Source of the DNA: a virus
Length of the DNA: 34,560 nucleotides
Reading direction: 5' to 3' (one strand)
IMG/VR virus record: IMGVR_UViG_3300017698_000040
Location: 1 to 34,560 of that record
This document shows positions 31,435 to 34,560 of the stretch, one piece after another. Below the pieces are notes generated by a model. The model made no database searches and had not been told where the DNA came from. It worked only from the letters and a program-made list of their open reading frames with translations. Numbering within the stretch: the first letter of the stretch is position 1; each line of letters begins with the position of its first letter. The translations under genes were made by a program, and so were the position numbers.

Positions 31435-31886
31435 TGAGTGTAAATAAAGTAATTCTTGTAGGTAACCTCGGCAAAGACCCTGAGCTTAAATACACACCAT
31501 CAGGCGCGGCAGTGGCTAACTTTTCAATCGCAACAACTGAGCGTTACAAAGACCGTGACGGTGACAAGCAAGAGAAAACAGAATGGCACAATATTGTGGT
31601 TTGGCGGCAACTGGCTGAAATCTGCGGCAAGTACTTACACAAGGGCAAGCAGGTTTATGTCGAGGGCAAACTCCAAACTCGCAGCTATGACGATAGAGAC
31701 GGAAACAAAAAGTATATCACTGAAATTGTAGCCGATCAGATGCAGATGTTAGGCGGCGGTGACGGTCAACAATCCCAAAACGGGAACAATAGCGGGTATC
31801 AAGGCCAGCAACAGAGCAGTCAGTGGCAGCAGGGCGGCGGGACTCAAGAGCCTGTGTTTAATCCAGACTCAGATATTCCTTTTTAA
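31434..31886 (+). CDS. ssb: Single-stranded DNA-binding protein (150 aa)
   Basis: The OB-fold core is [33 protein letters not shown]...[15 protein letters not shown] Gly/Gln-rich tail ends in the acidic tip DSDIPF. Confidence 0.95.
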   Translation: MSVNKVILVGNLGKDPELKYTPSGAAVANFSIATTERYKDRDGDKQEKTEWHNIVVWRQLAEICGKYLHKGKQVYVEGKLQTRSYDDRDGNKKYITEIVADQMQMLGGGDGQQSQNGNNSGYQGQQQSSQWQQGGGTQEPVFNPDSDIPF

Positions 31887-31898
31887 TCATTCCCAAAG

Positions 31899-31920
31899 CC
31901 GATTCTCCGGAGTCGGTTTT
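31899..31920 (+). terminator. Rho-independent terminator/attenuator after ssb
   Basis: CCGATTC-tccg-GAGTCGG forms a 7-bp stem (one G-U pair) with a tetraloop and is followed by TTTT. Confidence 0.65.
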
Positions 31921-31948
31921 GATGAGCGATTAACCAGAGGAGGTAACC

Positions 31949-32164
31949 ATGGGACAGAGAAAAGTTGTTATTTACAAGTGGCAGAGAGTTAAAGGTCAAC
32001 CCTATTGCGAAAAAATCTGTGTCGGTCACGGGATATTTCACCAGTTCGGTGTCGATTATGAAGACTCCGAAACAGGGCCAGGTAATTACTCGACAGCAAT
32101 CGTTGAGATGCCTGATGGATCTGTCAAGAACGTACATGTTGAACTGATCACTTTCAGTAACTGA
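31949..32164 (+). CDS. Hypothetical protein (71 aa)
   Basis: ORF track, with a GAGGAGG SD. The pattern G.FHQFG.......YSTAIVEMPDGSV recurs in small phage proteins (from memory). Confidence 0.7.
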   Translation: MGQRKVVIYKWQRVKGQPYCEKICVGHGIFHQFGVDYEDSETGPGNYSTAIVEMPDGSVKNVHVELITFSN

Positions 32165-32171
32165 GGAAATT

Positions 32172-32492
32172 ATGAAAGAGCCAGAACAGCGTACAACACT
32201 ACAAAACGCAAGTTTACACGTCTACGCCAAGCTACTGGCTGAAAAGCTGGCAGAGGCGGGGCTAGACATGCGGAAGGTGATTAAAGTTGATATCACTCCG
32301 ACACCTGAGAATGTCAAGGAGACGATGATTAAACCGGTCATGACCTCGTTATTTCCAGATAAGAAATCTACGCGGGAGCTTTCAACGAAGGAAATTCAGC
32401 AGGTGTATGAAGTGATGAATCGTGCGACTGCTGAGAGGTTGGGGATTAGTATCGAATGGCCATCAATTGAGAATAGAGGGAGGGTAGCATGA
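32172..32492 (+). CDS. ninB: NinB/Orf-like recombination mediator (106 aa)
   Basis: RTTLQNASLHVYAKLLAEKL parallels lambda NinB RSLDQNRKLWACLGDV. STRELSTKEIQQVYEVMNRATAERLGISIEW parallels STSRMRVGEFAELLELIQAFGTERGVKW. NinG lies nearby. Confidence 0.55.
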   Translation: MKEPEQRTTLQNASLHVYAKLLAEKLAEAGLDMRKVIKVDITPTPENVKETMIKPVMTSLFPDKKSTRELSTKEIQQVYEVMNRATAERLGISIEWPSIENRGRVA

Positions 32493-32641
32493 AAAAAAAA
32501 CAAATCGAGTATGGCGTTATTTATATCGTAGACGGAACGGAATATGGGCCGTTTAAAAAGAGCCAAACAACTAAAAAAGAGTGTCGGAGGCTTGGACGAT
32601 TGAAGGGTGTGAAAATAAAGGTGGTTGAACTTGCAGTCTAA
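32489..32641 (+). CDS. Hypothetical basic protein (50 aa, MKKKQIEYGVIYIVDGTEYGPFKKSQTTKKECRRLGRLKGVKIKVVELAV)
   Basis: Manual translation. It is ATGA-coupled to the previous gene. Confidence 0.5.
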   Translation: MKKKQIEYGVIYIVDGTEYGPFKKSQTTKKECRRLGRLKGVKIKVVELAV

Positions 32642-32801
32642 GCGCCCACATCCTGATTGGTGCTGGGATCATTGCAACGCAGCAAAGTTCAGCCGCAACG
32701 CAAAGTATAAACCAATTCGCTGCATGTGTGGTGATGAGTGTAAATACAGAGTAGCGATAGAAAGGTTTGGATTAGATGAAAAGCATACAGATAAAAAATG
32801 A
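32631..32801 (+). CDS. Possible Cys-rich mini-protein (56 aa, ..HPDWCWDHCNAAKF...RCMCGDECKY..)
   Basis: A TTG start lies 6 nt after AAGGTGG. The frame is open with six Cys, and it overlaps the next ORF by 26 nt. Confidence 0.3.
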   Translation: MQSKRPHPDWCWDHCNAAKFSRNAKYKPIRCMCGDECKYRVAIERFGLDEKHTDKK

Positions 32802-32997
32802 AATCGAGCACGACTACACAGATGAGGTTGTCTGCCCGTGGTGTGGGTATGAGCATGCTGATTCGTGGGAAAGGAACATGAATAACGGATCAGAGAGTAT
32901 GGACTGGTGCGAAGAATGCGGGGGACAAATGTCGATAACCTGTCATATAGATGTTTCGTATACAACCGGCAAGTGGGATCGTGGAGTTATTGGATGA
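32776..32997 (+). CDS. Zinc-ribbon protein (73 aa)
   Basis: It has CPWCGYEH ... CEECGG pairs. ORF track. Confidence 0.6.
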   Translation: MKSIQIKNEIEHDYTDEVVCPWCGYEHADSWERNMNNGSESMDWCEECGGQMSITCHIDVSYTTGKWDRGVIG

Positions 32998-33542
32998 AGA
33001 AGCCACGAAAGAAGAAGTGTAGAGCCTGTGGAGAAGTGTTCCAGCCAGAACGACCCATTCAGCCTTGCTGCTCTCCTTCGTGCGCTATAGAGCTTGTCAG
33101 GCTGCAGAAAGAGCAAAAACGGAAAGACGATAGGAAAGAATTTAAACGAAAGGTAAAGTTGAATGATAGATCTTACCAAACGAAACTTGCTCAATATTAT
33201 TTCAACCGTTTTATACGATTTCGCGACAGCGGTTTGCCTTGTATCTCTTGCGGTAAATATCACTCAGGACAAATCCATGCTGGTCATTATCGGTCTGTTG
33301 GCGCTGTAGGGGCTTTGCGTTTTCACGAGGCGAACTGTCACGCGCAATGCTCCGTTTGTAATAATCATCGGAGCGGGAACATCGTTGAATACAGAATCAA
33401 CCTCATCAAAAAAATAGGGCTTGAACGTGTCGAGTGGTTAGAAAAAGACCACCCACCCGTTAAGCGCACGATAGAAGAAATTATCGAGATAAAGAAGCAC
33501 TACCAGAAACTTTGTAACGAGCTAGAAAGGGAGGCAGCATGA
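32994..33542 (+). CDS. ninG: NinG/Rap-family protein (182 aa)
   Basis: I place the start at ATG 32994, which is ATGA-coupled. KKPRKKKCRACGEVFQPERPIQPCCSPSC, LPCISCGKYHSGQIHAGHYRSVGA..LRFHE.N.HAQCSVCNNHRSGN and VEYR parallel lambda NinG closely. Confidence 0.9.
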   Translation: MKKPRKKKCRACGEVFQPERPIQPCCSPSCAIELVRLQKEQKRKDDRKEFKRKVKLNDRSYQTKLAQYYFNRFIRFRDSGLPCISCGKYHSGQIHAGHYRSVGAVGALRFHEANCHAQCSVCNNHRSGNIVEYRINLIKKIGLERVEWLEKDHPPVKRTIEEIIEIKKHYQKLCNELEREAA

Positions 33543-33748
33543 AAGATATGAACGGTAGAGAAATACATGCTGGTGACATCATTAGACACGGATACGGCAT
33601 ACCGCCAACAACGGTTGATCTGTTTGTTTTCGAAGACAACAATCCTGATTATTTTCTTGTTGTGGATAAGAATGGGCGGATGACTGAGTTATTCGATGGA
33701 ATAGCTTCAAGCTCTAGACTCATGAAAATAATGGAGGGCGAATCATGA
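33539..33748 (+). CDS. Hypothetical protein (69 aa)
   Basis: ORF track. It is ATGA-coupled at both ends. Confidence 0.65.
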   Translation: MKDMNGREIHAGDIIRHGYGIPPTTVDLFVFEDNNPDYFLVVDKNGRMTELFDGIASSSRLMKIMEGES

Positions 33749-33966
33749 CACAAAACGAATACATTAAACAATGCCTGGAAAACGGTGAAAAGATCAACCG
33801 CCGTACCGCATCAGCAGCAGGGATAGAACGCCTCGCCTCACGGATTGAAGAGCTGCGCAGAAAACACGGGATGAATATCGAATCACACCGGAAGAAAGTC
33901 CCTACACGGTGGAGTGATACGGGAACGTATGTGACTGAATATTCATTGGTGGAGGTGGCGGCGTGA
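33745..33966 (+). CDS. Small helix-turn-helix protein (73 aa, HTH_39-like)
   Basis: GIERLASRIEELRRKHGMNIES......G.YVTEYSL matches the (R)L.ARI.ELR..G..I pattern of small phage winged-helix regulators. Confidence 0.6.
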   Translation: MTQNEYIKQCLENGEKINRRTASAAGIERLASRIEELRRKHGMNIESHRKKVPTRWSDTGTYVTEYSLVEVAA

Positions 33967-34205
33967 ACTCTAAAGACAGATTTCTGTTAGATAGATGTAG
34001 GGCAATCATTAAGTCGTGTACAACATCAGATCAACTCGATTGCGCTAGTAAATTTAGTTATCTGGCAGCAAAAAAAATAACAAGAAACTGTATGCTTCCA
34101 CACCATGAAGCACTCATATTAATAAAGAGGCGGATACAGCCGTTTATTGACATTAAAAAGGTCGAAGTGGCAGCACTACCACAACATATAGACAGCCAGC
34201 CGTAA
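33963..34205 (+). CDS. Hypothetical protein (80 aa), last rightward gene
   Basis: ORF track. It has a GTG start coupled to the previous stop (GTGA). Confidence 0.6.
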   Translation: MNSKDRFLLDRCRAIIKSCTTSDQLDCASKFSYLAAKKITRNCMLPHHEALILIKRRIQPFIDIKKVEVAALPQHIDSQP

Positions 34206-34231
34206 AATTTTAGCAGACTAGTGTTGTCCGC

Positions 34232-34277
34232 ATAGACGTACTGTCAGTTTGTCTAGGTATAATGACAGTACGTCTAT
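34232..34277. terminator. Bidirectional hairpin between the convergent rightward and late (holin) units
   Basis: The perfect 15-bp inverted repeat atagacgtactgtca (34232..34246) / tgacagtacgtctat (34263..34277) has a 16-nt loop. It lies between stop codons at 34205 and 34282. Confidence 0.7.
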
Positions 34278-34281
34278 CAAT

Positions 34282-34560
34282 CTATTTGCTTTTTCTATTT
34301 GCGATTGATTCGATACCTTTTCCAACTTGCCTTAACCCTGCATATGACCAAGGTAGCGCCATTAAAACAAGCATAACCTCCATACTTGGTATGTCTTTGA
34401 ATCCTACATATACAATGGCAGCAATAAGGCTCAGCCAACTCTGAAGCGGCCTTGTCCACCTAACGAGTACATCGTCAGCTTTGTCAGCGTTTCGGATCGT
34501 CTCTTGTGTTTCGTGATGAGACTTCTGTTCGTCCTCAAGGTCAAGCTTAGTCATTTCACG
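34282..34560 (-). CDS. 3-TM holin, C-terminal part (same gene as 1..342; the last 99 nt of the window duplicate 1..99)
   Basis: The track ORF MTKLDLEDEQ...RWTRPLQSWLSLIAAIVYVGF...MLVLMALPWSYAGL has no stop upstream in frame before the window end. The frame is continuous with 342..1. Confidence 0.75.
   Translation of the reverse strand, partial: REMTKLDLEDEQKSHHETQETIRNADKADDVLVRWTRPLQSWLSLIAAIVYVGFKDIPSMEVMLVLMALPWSYAGLRQVGKGIESIANRKSK
34462..34560. repeat. Terminal direct repeat, copy 2 (identical to 1..99)
   Basis: Direct comparison of the two window ends. Confidence 0.95.

Noticed and set aside
34258-34263. TATAAT hexamer in the loop of the terminal hairpin as a promoter
   Set aside because: There is no suitably spaced -35 element (the nearest TTG-type hexamers are 28 nt and 3 nt away). 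Transcription from here would only produce antisense RNA to the holin. The hairpin is better explained as a bidirectional terminator.
1-34560. CRISPR arrays, a diversity-generating retroelement (BPP-1-style TR/VR plus RT), integrase/attP and tRNA genes
   Set aside because: I saw no regularly spaced repeats, no reverse-transcriptase-like ORF, no long near-identical repeat pair in the fibre genes, and no recombinase motifs. The absence is by eye only and should be confirmed computationally.

Overview
The window is a complete, circularly closed phage genome of about 34,461 bp. Bases 1..99 are identical to 34462..34560, and this overlap falls inside a gene, so it looks like an assembly closure overlap. 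Coding is dense, with many ATGA/TAATG-coupled genes, and is organised as two divergent transcription units that start from back-to-back sigma70-like promoters at ~27783..27871.

The plus-strand arm (27900..34205) is a lambdoid-style early/recombination module. It carries DUF1351, an Erf-type annealing protein, a YqaJ/lambda-Exo-type exonuclease, SSB, NinB-like and NinG proteins, an HTH protein and many mini-genes.

The minus-strand arm (27763 down to 1, wrapping to 34282) has three parts:
- An early region with a Cro-like HTH, a replication-initiator-like gene carrying ori-like iterons, a phage-type Dam methyltransferase and small unknown genes.
- A late operon in the order TerS, TerL, portal, scaffold, major capsid, T7 gp11/gp12-like tail tubular proteins, three internal core proteins and a beta-helix tail fibre.
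- A lysis cassette with an M15 endolysin, two small membrane proteins and a 3-TM holin that spans the window ends.

I saw no RNA polymerase, DNA polymerase, primase/helicase, integrase, CI-like repressor, tRNA, CRISPR array or DGR.

The most unusual content:
- A 4-kb island between TerL and portal encodes four consecutive proteins with Sec-type signal peptides (small beta-rich, tail-fibre-like, jelly-roll, beta-helix), followed by an LRAT/H-rev107-like H-box/NC protein.
- A 458-nt gap with no plausible ORF lies in an otherwise compact genome.
- A conserved motif pair brackets individual early genes as inverted repeats and also occurs once as an 'empty' hairpin.
- A 13-bp perfect anti-SD helix sits in the capsid-gene leader.

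All functional calls come from my reading of the translated ORFs and recollection of family motifs. No database search was run.
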